From Azolla caroliniana (taxonomy: Eukaryota > Plantae > Polypodiophyta), in the NCBI GenBank assembly GCA_043228905.1, contig JBHGNT010000021.1:2046001-2110000 (forward strand): a stretch of 64,000 nt of DNA, written 5' to 3'. Within the stretch, counting starts at the first letter, position 1. Every line of letters starts with the position of its first letter. Below, in pieces: positions 1 to 11,887 of the stretch. The position numbers were made by a program, and so were the translations under genes. The notes beneath the pieces were generated by a model, which saw nothing but the letters and a program-made list of their open reading frames with translations, was not told the DNA's origin and made no database searches.

Positions 1-345
1 TTAATTGGTTTACCCTTGTCCAAACCAAACAGGTTAAGGCTTACCCGGGTTGGGAGTTTCCAAACTTGAATTGAACCGGGTCCTAAACCAGTTAAGACTA
101 ACTGGTTTAGCCTAAACCGGTTTAGCCAAGCCGATAAAGCCTTGAGCAGTTTGGAAATCGGTTTAGCCAAGCCGATAAAGCCTTGAGCAGTTTCGAAACC
201 GGTTTGACCCAAATCAGTTCGCTTCGGTTTGAGCCATCCCAAACTGAGCTAAAGCCGGTTAAGGAAGCTCAAGCCTAAACCTAACACAACTGAACCACCA
301 AACCGTTTAAAAACAGTGCAGGCTTAAGACGAGCCGTTGCCGATT
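1..345. mobile_element. 3' end of a hAT-type MITE-like element, cut by the window edge
   Basis: Dense AAACCG/CGGTTT subterminal motifs. Ends in CCGTTGCCGATT (334-345), the TIR core of the MITEs at 8186 and 11487. Confidence 0.6.
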
Positions 346-350
346 CCAAA

Positions 351-2120
351 CTGCAAACCTAGATACTTATACAAACATAGCCCAGACCAAGATTCAAAGG
401 CAGGTATCTTGTAGATGCGTCTACACCTCACATTAAGATTGAATGATATACATTCCCATGTGTCACTTTACTCTTATGTGTGCTCTAGATTTGTCTTAAG
501 AGAGAGAGAGGAGCATTGCTCCACCAAGTATCCTCATTACTTGTTTTTTATATGCTCAGCATATAGTGCAATTTGTGAAAGCTATGACGATATATTAAGA
601 GAGCATGATGACACGAGGGACACACTAAGGAGAGCACCTAGAAGGTACGTGCATAAATATCCTTTCTTAGGAAGAAGGCAAAAATCGAGAAAATGTGTAC
701 TTAGGTCCCATGGATCAATATTGACCTCTCTATGGATGCTAAATATATCTTTATCTAACTATCTATCTATCTACCCTATACATAATAGTGGTTACGTTGT
801 CGCGTAAACACGTGTGCATGTGTTACTGGAGCGGGACCACAAGGGACTTGGACTAGGGAGTTGTAAAGATGTAGGAGTCAAAAGGGAGTAAGTCGAAGAC
901 TCACACTAGTCGAAAGATCAAATTAGTGAAAGGTTCGCACCAGTCAAAAGATCAAACTAGTTTATCCATACACCATACGACACGAACGGATGGGAGAGAT
1001 TAATACACAATTAACGATTTATCATGTGATTAAGACCAAATGAAGTCATATTAGGAGCTAGATTTTAGTTTATACAAGAAAATCCCTTTATGGAATAGGG
1101 TTTACAAGTTGCGTAAGTCCCTTCAAGTGAGCCACAAGCTCAAGCAAAAGAAGAAAGTGAGAGGAAGCTTCCGGTGCAGGCAAGTCGAGTGGGCCACCGA
1201 GACCACAACTACCTCTGATGGCGACGATGCCTTGAATCGGGGTAGAGTGCTCGTGCCACTCTATCCTCCCAATGAACGACCAGTGTGTTTGCTTATCTCC
1301 TCCTCATTGACTCCACTTGAGAGTCAAAAACCTAGACAAAGAAGAAGAGAAGAAGAGAAGAAAACAAAGAAGTCGAACCGCAAGTGTCGAGAGCTCCTCC
1401 AAAAGCCAAAATCCCCAAAATGACCAATAATATGCTAAAATGCTAAAACGCCCAAACCCCTAAATGAGCCCCCCCCCTCCTCCTTTCATAGTAAGAGGGC
1501 CACATTTGCATTTATTCATTTTCTCTTCGCAAAAGAGAAAAGGAATAATGCTCATTAATCTACACCGCATTGTCAGATATTCAAACTCTGCACCTATAGT
1601 ACTAAGTGAACGGCACTAACCACTAGGCCATTCACTTTTCTTTATTATATATTTATCTACATAACTGTATATGCACAGTTTGTGCCTCCTTTTTCTTCCC
1701 CCCCCCCCCCTTCTTTTCTCCCGTTTTTTATACATTTCCTCTCTCCTCTCTCTTCACATGCTTCCACCTTTTGTTTTCCCATTCTATACCGCATTCCTAC
1801 CTTCAGCACGCCCACATCACGAGAACGCATTCAACTAAATGTCTCTACATATTAAATGAACAAGACAGATATTTCCCAAAGATCAAGATGGGTGGTGGCC
1901 ATACACTCTCAATGGAGCTGCAGACCAAGATACAAATTGTCACTTGAGATCCGAAGGCATGTATCTTGTGGATGCGCTAGACCTCACCTAGGATTGAACA
2001 ATATACATTCCCTTGTATTATTTTATGCCTGCATGCTCTAGATTTGTTGTAACATAGGTGGAGAAGCATGGTCCACCATGTCTCATCATCACTCATCAAA
2101 TAAATAATAGTAGTTATGCA
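351..2120. repeat. Diverged direct duplication (~351-530 vs ~1918-2085; 782-797 vs 2104-2120) with the LTR inserted in copy 1
   Basis: Both copies share AAGGCA.GTATCTTGT.GATGCG, GATTGAA..ATATACATTCCC and TGCTCTAGATTTGT. Confidence 0.6.
798..1824 (-). mobile_element. Diverged solo LTR related to the 58912/63218 LTR family
   Basis: Starts TGTCGCG and ends CACGAGA (family consensus CACGACA). Flanks are ACGT/ACGC, a 4-bp TSD with 1 mismatch. GCGGGACCAC..GACTAGGGA near its start matches 63250-63280. Confidence 0.55.
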
Positions 2121-2448
2121 CTTCATGCTTGTAAAAAATGCCCAAGAATTGGTATGTTGAAACCACCTCTTGCATTAAGTTCATTGTCATTGATATTTTC
2201 CGACACTTAAAAGCTTTTATTTTTGTCTCATAGGCTAATTTCAGCCTCTAGTTAACATTATTATATCTTTCTTTCATAATTTCTTCTGAAAAGACATATG
2301 CTCTTTATGTAATTTGTTTCATTGAACAAAACTGCCTTTTATTGCATTGGGTGTGGAATCATGATTTGGTAAACATTTAATATTGTTGTAACTACTTCTA
2401 GGGCCATTATGTATATAACTTGTTGAGGAAAACATATCAGGAGAAAAC

Positions 2449-5400
2449 CTGGAGTTGCTTGTGATTGAACTCATGCCACAAAAGAATATAGCGACAGCAA
2501 TTACACCAAGGCAGACAATACCACCAGTCCCAGAACCATATCTGTTTTGAAATGCATCGAAGAAAACTTGGGCAATTGCATAACCATTTGCATCATTCGA
2601 CGTGTCCAATACATGACTCAAATTCGTGACAGCAAACGTTACACCAATTAGATAAGCCCATCCCACCACAATAGATATAGCCACTGAGCTTATGATACCA
2701 TATGGACCATTTTTGTCTGATGATTTTGTTTCTTCAGACTGCATAAATAAACAATGTTATTGCAACAAACCATATAATCTATATGACTGAATGGTGTTTA
2801 GCACAAGAAAATGACAGCAATCACCATGTGAGCAGAGGCATCGTATCCAGTAAGAGTGTATTGTGCCATAAGAAGACCAATAAGGAAGATATATGGCTTG
2901 CTATGGATGTTATAAGAATTATCAGCATTAAAATGTGTGAAAACAAATTCCACAGAGGCCCTTGTTGGGGACACCAGTGGTATAAGAATCATGAGGACAA
3001 ATACTCCTGCAAAAAGACAATTTATATACATCTATAAATGCATATATGATGTGCTTATTGTATCAATTGAATCATATAGTTATACCCATATATAATTCAA
3101 TAAAGGCATACCAACAACATTCCATACAGCTGCAATAGTCCCAAAATGAGCAAGCAAATTGATAGGAAGGCTGTTTAATGTTGCATGAAGGAAAAGAATG
3201 CCTCCATAAATGGCTAACACCTGATATTTATTTGAAACATAACCTCCCCCATTAGCACCTCCTGTGCTAAGCAATATGATATTTTGTAGAAGAACCGCCA
3301 AGGAGTAGTCTATACTTGTAGTTACAGCCCACTACAATATTGCAGCTTCACGCACATTTTAAAGGTTGAAACATAAAAAAAGGATGGATATTTGCAAGAA
3401 TGCCCCTAACTTTCAAAAAGTACCAGAATATCCCTGTTGTACACAATTTACTTCTACAAGGGGGTGGGTTCTGATCATTTTTTAAAACTTCATGATATTT
3501 GGGCTCTTTGCCCTTAGCTTATATAAAAAATATATACAATTATGCTCAAGTACTAACGTGTATTTGCAGAAATCCCACCAATCAAGATGACAGTAAATAT
3601 ACAAACCTGACCCACAATGTTGAACCTGCAATCATAAGAACATGGTCTAAACAAATGAAATCCTAGCAAATTACATAACTTGTTTATATACCTATGCCTA
3701 GTCCAAGATACATGCTCATGACTAGTCAATTTATAGACAAGGATATATTCAACGAAAGACAATGATCCTCATGACTAGAATTGCTATGCATTTGGTTGGT
3801 CACATTTTTCATACATTTTGATCAGCACTTTAGGCATATGCATCTGGCTAAAAACAAGCAGGCATATGAAATGTTTTTCCAGCATTAGCAGCTACTGGAG
3901 CCTGCTAAGGACTAGGTCAACATGCACAAAAATTAGATTAAAACAAATGGCTCAGGACCTAATATAGCCCATTTTATAGCATATATATATATATATATAT
4001 GAAATGTTTTTCCAACATTAGCAGCTACTGGAGCCTGCTAAGGACTAGGTCAACATGCATAAAAAATAGATTAAAACAAATGGCTCAGGACCTAATATAG
4101 CCCATTTTACAACATACCATCCAGTTATCCACGATGCAAAAGGTCCCCATTCCTTGCCAGCAAGTCTGTAGCTCCAAAAATAGAGGCCTCCAGAAGTAGG
4201 ATAAGCTGAGCAAATTTCAGCCATAGATAGGGCAACAATCATCGTAAAAATGCCAGAAATAATCCATCCATAGGTCATGGAGATAGGACCTCCATAGGAG
4301 AGTCCAGTGCTGTATAATGTGGTAACTCCAGTGAGGATAGATATAATGGAGAAGGAGAAAGCAAAATTAGAGAGAACCCTGTACCATTATATAACAAGAG
4401 TTAGACTTACAATTACAGTTGCAGAAAAAGTGAAAAATGAAAAACAAATGATAGATACAGTATAGTAGAGAATGACGAAAAACATAGTAAATAGAAGGAG
4501 AATAGAAAGGAAAGGAGAGACACTGTGACACCTGAACAATACTGCAACTGTTTATATTAACTCAGCAATGCAAGTAACTTAAATGGCTTCAAATGTAATG
4601 AATAAATAACCTGATCAATGGAGCTGAAAGTGATGTCATCTAAAAATATCCATCATAGGGTGATCCAACATGCAAAGGTTAGTGGGTTGAGGGAGATTTC
4701 TTAGATCTTCTGTCATGATCACTTGGCTCGTATGGAGATATGCACAAATAAAAAGTTTTACTTTCCAATGTATCCATGTTTGAATAACCATGCAATGATT
4801 TGACTTTCATACTTTTCTATCATTTATTGACTTTTCCCTCAGTCTCCTTCAACTTACCCTTGTTGCACATTGGGATAAGTAGACCAACTGCTGATAGGAA
4901 ACAAACTAAATCCTTTGAAGCTGTTATGCTCATTAACATGCACCTAGAATCACAGACTTCTTCCTTTTCATGCTTCTGGCACATGTTTAATTTGAAGGGT
5001 GGCATGGACATTTTTACATAAAACGCTGTTTGCTGTTTTCAGAACATTCCAGCCAGCAGATGAGTGTCAGAACCTAATAACAGCAGGCAGAAGAAGCTCT
5101 TCAAGCAGCATTGCTGCTTGATCGGCAGTGAGAAGCAAGTGCACAATGTGGGAAGCTTGCTTCCTTGCTTGAAAGGAAGAGAATGGGCCCCAGAAGCACC
5201 GCTTTCCCTGGCCCCCTGTGGGGCAGAACTTGCAGAAAAGGGAAGAGTGGAAAATTTTCCTTAAGAAATTCAGAAAAGATGGACGATCTGACTAAAGAAG
5301 GTGATAACTCCGTAGATGATTATGAACCATATAGCAGCAAAAAAGCATAAAACCAATACTCTGGAATTGTTTGGTTGTCGGGAACAGGGTGAAAGAATGG

Positions 5401-6421
5401 ACTTCAGAAGGCCACTTGAAACATCTTCTTTTGTGAATCCTAATGCCATAGAGAATGTCAAACGTACTAGTGAAAACAAAAAAAAAGTGAGAATCTCAGA
5501 GACTACTCGTAATGTACTCAAGACTATTGCGAAAGAATGTTAAGAAACCTCAGGTTTTCGCCAGATAATGGAAGCAGCTGTCAAATGATGTACTATATAT
5601 TCAGACTTTCTCAAAGATATGGTTGAGATAATGATAAAGAGGATCGAAAGAATGTTAAGAAACCTCAGCTTTTCGCCAGATAATGGAAGCAGCTGTCAAA
5701 TGATGTACTATAATTCAGACTTTCTCAAAGATATGGTTGAGATAATGATAAAGAGGATGCTAACTAACTCTAGGAAGTGTAAGACCATGTAAAAGAGGGA
5801 AAGTTATCAACTTTCTCATCACAAGATGATATATCTACCAAGGCTTCAATCGCCTGGCTTTTAAGCATGAGGAAAGGAATGGGAATACAATTGAAAAAAA
5901 AAAAAAGCTAGAGTAGTGCAAAGAATATGAACAAGAATGGATCATAATAAGGTCCTAAGAAAGAACTTCATAGATTGCAAGATTGAAAAGACTTTTATAG
6001 AAATTACGTTTACCATGGATGAGAGAAATTTGTTTAGAAAAACAAGAAGGATGTAAGTCTCATGTGGATTAGATACAAAACAACAGCTTTGTGATGATAC
6101 TAATGTGAAAAAAACAAAGATAGAATGCATGATCAATAGTAATAACGAGAATCAAAATGGGGAACTGTGGAAACACATGGGAACTAGGGTTACCAATAAA
6201 ACAGTAGCAATGATTAGTAAGAGCCAGACGAGAGAAATGGGAAGTAAAACATACGAATTAAGGTTACGAATATATAGCTGTGATGATGATTAACTGGAAC
6301 AGAAGAGAGGAATGGAATGTGTAACATACGAGAGGTCACGCTTGAGCTCTTGCTTGTAGCCGAGTTCGTGGAGTCGTTGCTGACCAGAATCGAGGCCTTG
6401 CACTCGCTCAGAAACGGCCAT
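2449..6421 (-). CDS. BAT1: Amino-acid/GABA permease BAT1-like (APC superfamily); first 354 codons only, C-terminal exons not found in the window
   Basis: Exons 6421-6330 (MAVSERVQGLDSGQQRLHELGYKQELKRDLS), 4378-4118 (VLSNFAFSFSIIS...LSMAEICSAYPTSGGLYFW), 3625-3607 (FNIVGQ), 3331-3112, 3006-2825 (GYDASAHM), 2738-2449 (SEET...TSNSR). All junctions GT-AG with matching phases. Confidence 0.9.
3864..4108. repeat. ~110-bp tandem duplication separated by (TA)n in BAT1 intron 2
   Basis: ATATGAAATGTTTTTCCA..CCTAATATAGCCCATTTTA occurs twice. Confidence 0.85.
5533..5759. repeat. ~113-bp near-perfect tandem duplication in BAT1 intron 1
   Basis: AAGAATGTTAAGAAACCTCAG..GATAAAGAGGAT occurs twice. Confidence 0.85.
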
Positions 6422-6472
6422 ACTGGTGATAGCTGAAACAGGAGAAGGAGGTAACGATGGAGGAGAACGTGT

Positions 6473-6516
6473 CCTTCTTCTTCTTCTTCTTCTTCTTCTT
6501 CTTCTTCTTCTTCTTC
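6473..6516. repeat. (CTT)n microsatellite upstream of the BAT1 start codon
   Basis: Seen directly in the sequence. Confidence 0.9.
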
Positions 6517-6848
6517 AATGGAAACCTCTGCACTTTCTTGACTCGCTCGTCTACCGTGATCTGTGGTGTCAAGGGCGGCCGTCTCTTCAGTGGAGACGGT
6601 TCCACGGTCCATGGAAAGCACGTGCCGGTGCTCCTTGACCAAAAAGAAAAAGCAGGCGATGGAGAATGACGCCAAAAAGAGTACCCCCCGCCATGCCATC
6701 TGCAGAGACAGAGACAGAGACAAAACACAGACAGAGGCAGAAACAGAGGAGATGTGTGAAAATATCATTATTTACCAAAATACCCCTCCCTCCCTCCTGC
6801 ATGGCATACAGAAATGGCCACATACATTACAATTTACATATATGGCTA

Positions 6849-9020
6849 TGGTGTCCATGATGATGATAATGTCCATGATGATGATGACAATGTCCATGAT
6901 GATGATGATGATTATGTCCATGATGTCCATGACGATGATGAATGATAGTGTTCACGATGATGTTGCCCATCGTGATAATGATCGTGGCTAATGCCTTCTC
7001 TGCCTCCCATCCCGTCTCTTCTCCTTTGGCCATGGTCCACACCCCTGCCAATCCCCCAATCACCTCCCGATGACATTTCAAACGAGGAGAATTTATATAT
7101 ACCCCAAAAAAGAGAAGCAAAAGAATTGCGTTCGTGAATCTCGATGTCAATGAGACATTACATGGTAACTCGGCAAGGAAACTTCAGCAATGCCCAAAAA
7201 GTGTAGGTTTGGACTGTATCTATTGTTAGCTAAAAGGTGGCTCCATAAGTGCAAAAAGTGGACGAGGGTGTTAATCCAATCCATTGTGAGGATTTGACGC
7301 GCATCTTTTTTCTTTTTAAAAAAGAAGAAGATATCCTATCATTAGTGTAAACATTTCACAAGATTGTTAAATTCTATGTGATCGCTAGCGGAAACAACCA
7401 TTTGGGAGGCTGAAAATGCCAATAAGGAGTACCGTAATTGGATGTCATGAATGGAGTAGTTGTTCAAACAATAATAAACTCGTGTCGTTGAGCAATTTTA
7501 GCATCAAAATCTCCAACGATACCATCCCATTGACCCTTCATAGTATGAACTATGTCTAACCAAATATTCGAAACCAACTCAATTAGTGACGTTCTAAGGT
7601 GATGATATTGTCCATGATGGTGTTGTCCAGCATGATAATGATTGTGGCTAAATGCCTCCCATCTAATCTCTCCTCTCACCATGGGCCACACCCTACCAAT
7701 CACCTCCCGCTAACATTTCAGGCAAGGAGAAATTATATATACAAAAATAATAGATGCAAAAAAAAAATTGTTTGTGAATCTCGATGTCAACGAGACATTA
7801 CATACTAACTCAGCAAGCAGACTTAGACAATGCCATAAAAGAGTAGGTTTGAACTTTCTTGCAACTGTATCTATTGTTAGCTAAAACGTGGCTTGCCGCT
7901 CTATACATGCAAAGTGGATGAGGAGTTAATCCAATCCATCGTGAGGATTTGACGTATATCTTTTTTCTTTTTAAAAAAAAGAAGATATCCTGTCATTAGT
8001 GTCAACATTTCACAAGATTTTAAAACTCTATGTGATTGGCAGGGGAAACAACCATTTGGGAGGATGAAAATGTCAATAAGGAGTACCATAATTGGATGTC
8101 ATGAATGGAGTAGTTGTCCAAATGATTATAAACTCATGTCGTTGAGCAATTTTAGCATCAGAATCTCCAACTATACTATCCCATTTAACAATCGGCAACG
8201 GTTCGGTTTGGTTCGGTTTGAGAGGGTTCAAACCAAACCGGTTTGGAACCGAATCGTTTAAAAATTTTGAAACCCGAACCGAACCACAAAACCGTTAAAT
8301 CGAACCTAAACTGTTAAACCATTAAACCGTGGTTTCGTGGTTCGGTTTCGGTTTTCAACATAGGTCCAAATTTATAATATTTCATTATTTAAAATTTTTA
8401 AGATGTTCCTAAAATGTGAGAATAAGGTCTAAAAATGAAAGTATTGTTTAAAAATAGTTTTTAAAATTTTTAAATAAAAAATAAAAAACCGTTAAACCGT
8501 TTAAATCGCTGCTAAAACCGAACCATTAAGCCATTAGGATGCAGTTTCGCGGTTCCGTTCGGTTCCGTTGCCGATTATTAATCCCATTGACCCTTCAAAG
8601 TATGAACTATGTCTAACTAAATATTTGAAACCAATTCAGCTAGTGATGTTCTAAGTTGATGATATTGTCCACGATGATGTTGTCCAACATGATAATGATT
8701 GTGGCAAATGCCTCCCATCCGATCTCTCCTCTCACCATGGGCCACACCCTACCAATCACCTCTCGTTAACATTTTAGGTAAGGAGAAATTATATATACAA
8801 AAAGAATAGATGCAAAAAAATAAATCATTTGTGAATCTCGATGTCAACGAGACATTACATGCTAACTTGGCAAGGAGACTTCGGTAGTACTGAAAAAGTG
8901 CAGGTTTGGACTTTCTTGCAACTGTATCTATTGTTGGCTAAAAGGTGGCTTGCCACTCCATATGTACAAAGTGGACGAGGAGTTAATCCAATCCATCATG
9001 AGGATTTGACGTGCATTGTG
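6849..9020. repeat. Array of ~660-bp diverged tandem units (about 2.5 copies, starting ~6971, ~7631, ~8688) preceded by a TGTCC(ATG)n minisatellite
   Basis: GATAATGAT.GTGGC, GTGAATCTCGATGTCAA and GTTAATCCAATCCAT recur in each unit. Confidence 0.85.
8186..8580. mobile_element. hAT-type MITE (~395 bp)
   Basis: TIRs TAACAATCGGCAACGG / CCGTTGCCGATTATTA. Perfect 8-bp TSD ATCCCATT (8178-8185, 8581-8588). The empty site is present in the neighbouring tandem unit (~7524). Confidence 0.9.
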
Positions 9021-10994
9021 CATCGGTATGGAATATTTATGTTTAAAACGTGCCAATGTTATTGGTGGGAATGACACGTTTCCAACTTGGCAATCCATTC
9101 ACATTATAAAAGTTGTTCATTGCCCAAAATCGCAAAATGTAAGGCATTTTCATACATTCACATAGTAGCATTAACTTAATGCAATTATTATTTGCTTTTC
9201 ATAATGTTCATCGTCGGAAACCCTGTCTCATATGCAATTGATGATAATGATGTAATAAGGACCATCCTTCAAAGCTCCCATTCATCATGATTGCAACAAT
9301 ATTCCTGGATATTTTTTACTCTCTAATGCAAAGAATGTAGTTGTCCTTTACATTCTTTGCGTTAGAAACTTAGATCAATGCTCATGAATCTTTACTAAAA
9401 TGATGGCATAATACTTTCTTGGGTATGCATATAATTTGCCAAATCTTTATCATAGAACTTTTAAGCAATGACTTTATGGTCTCAAATATATGGAAGTCAT
9501 ACTTACATAGCATTCGACATACATGATTCATATTAGCATTTGTCGTGTCATAGGTTTTTCGTGTATTCACTTCATCATTACTTTTAAGAATTGTTGTAAT
9601 ATGAAATGTGGTCATAGTGTAATTTATGAGGAATTGCCCTTTATTAGGTAGATATGAATGCGTGAATGGCCAATGAGCTTGTAATGTGAAACGGACCCTT
9701 TTGGGTTTCTAACTTGTATGAACAAGCAAGGACTCCCATGTAACAAAAGCCTTTAGGTCCCCCAATTGGGGCTACCTATTTTAGTTCCCATTTTCTAGCC
9801 TTTGCATCCACAACAAGACAACATTTTCACAGTAATTAATCAATATCTACATGTTTGTCACTTGACCATTATATATTTAATTGAGACACTTTATATATTT
9901 TTTAACGTAGTTATGATCTATTTAATTAACGCCAACATATTTCTTGATTAGTGTCGTGATTAGGTGTGGGTTAGCTTTAGATTAACTTAAGAAGCTTCAA
10001 GGTTTCCACAGTTACATGGAGTGGATATGTAAGTGCTTTATATGTGTTGATGTACGGAGCTAGCCAACCTTTAGGAAGGCGACCCCTCAGAACTCAGCGG
10101 TGACATTTGAAGTGCAACACTCTTGAGTAAGAGTAGTGTTAGCCCTTCAAGGAAACATGCTTTATTGTGGTTGATCTTTGGTCATTTAAAGAGGAGCATA
10201 AAAAATTGTAAAATAGCAAAATGAGATAGCTCGGAATAATTGAGAAAGCATATAAAAGCGAAATTCTAAATACCTTTTCTTGTATATTTTTTTTCAAAAT
10301 CTTCGAAAACACAACTAAGCATCGAGTTTTATATTGCAAGGTTTATTGGTATATTCCAATCTAAAATTGGTGCTAAAAGGTTGTTAGCAATGTTTAACAT
10401 CACAATTACTATTGTCCATCTATCGCATGTTTAACATCACAAATTTAGTAAAAAGTGCACGACATCAATAGCCCCTTGTGTTGTAGAGTTTCTTTATCTC
10501 TACATTTGTCTTGGTAGTTTACATGTATACCATAGCATCAAAATCATGTAATTGAGAGAGCTTGACTTTGATGATTGCCACAAGCTCAACCATGTCCCGT
10601 ATATCAGAATTGATCTATTTTAGATCTTAGAAAGATCTCTCCCTCTCTCTAGATGGATGCTTGATACCTCCGAGTAGCTCAAAAAATATGATGTTATGAT
10701 GTGGTGTGTGCGAAAGAACAAAGGTACTAAAAGGCCTAATTTCACAATAGGTGAAGGTTAGGATCAAAGTGAACATAGGAAAATGTGAGAAGAAGCAACA
10801 ATTGTCAATAACCTTTAATTCAATTTTTTAAACAATATATTGTTCTAGTAAAGACTTCAAGTCCACATCTTATTTTAGCCATTAAAATATGTCAAATTTC
10901 CCTTCTCTTAAGCCATCTGCAAAAAAAAATCAACTAAATAAATTGACCAAAGCACCATTGTGCATGAGAAAAATAGGTTTGTAGAAGGGGGAGG

Positions 10995-11190
10995 ATTCCC
11001 AAGTCACTAGAAGAGGAGGTTTCGACGACATTTTCTACTCTGTTATTATGAAGTGTACAAAAGTGGTTAACACCAACATGAAGTACCGTGTCATTCCCAA
11101 GTCACTAGAAGAGGAGGTTTCGACAACATTTTCTACTCTGTTATTATGAAGTGTACAAAAGTGGTTAACACCAACATGAAGTACCGTGTC
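10995..11190. repeat. 98-bp near-perfect tandem duplication
   Basis: ATTCCCAAGTCACTAGAAG..GTACCGTGTC at 10995 and 11093. Confidence 0.9.
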
Positions 11191-11486
11191 AACAAATCTA
11201 CATGAAGGAACAAACTTGGTCCCTTCATGGGAGTTGCATCGTGTAATGACCTTTACACAAAGAAATTCACACAGTTCTTTCGGGATGACTGAACCATCTT
11301 CTGCATGACTCTTAGAAGGCAGTCATAAGAGCAACAACATACAGGGAAGTTGATGTCAAACCTCCTCTTCATTAGTCCTCCACCTTGCCCTAGGTTTAGT
11401 GTTGATACTAGGGTTCGCGAGGTACTGAATCACTTGTTCCGTCCCCTTTGTGCCAAAACTTCCGTAAACATTCAAATGCCTATGGG

Positions 11487-11887
11487 TAACAATTGGCAAC
11501 GGTTTGGTTTGGTTTGAGAGTGTCAAAACCAAATTGTTTAAAAAGTTTGAAACTTGAACCAAACGAAACCACAAAACCGTTAAAAAAAATTCAAATTGTC
11601 AAATCCGCGGTTTCATGGTTCAGTTTCAGTTTTCAACTTAGGTTAAATTTTAAAATATTACATTTTTTTAATTTTTAATTTTTTTCAAAATTTTAAAGAT
11701 TTTCCTAAAATGTGAGAATAAGGCTTGAAAATTGAACGGTTGTTTAATTATTATTTTTAATTTTAAATAAATAAAAATAAAAAACCGTTTAAATCGTGAT
11801 TTCTAATTGTTGAAACCGAAGCGAACTGTTTAAACCATTAAGCGTAGTTTCACGGTTCGGTTCAAACCAAACCGATGCCGACTGTTA
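11487..11887. mobile_element. hAT-type MITE, second copy of the 8186 family
   Basis: TIRs TAACAATTGGCAACGG / CCGATGCCGACTGTTA. 8-bp TSD CCTATGGG/CCTGTGGG (1 mismatch). Internal sequence colinear with 8186-8580. Confidence 0.88.

Noticed and set aside
2240-2305. AYVFSEE on the minus strand as the next BAT1 exon (MAYAFSRD)
   Set aside because: The match is short, there is no good acceptor, and a stop follows quickly with no further similarity.
6827-7150. His-rich (minus) and Met-rich (plus) ORFs suggesting a metal-binding peptide
   Set aside because: Products of the (ATG/CAT)n minisatellite at the end of a tandem-repeat unit.
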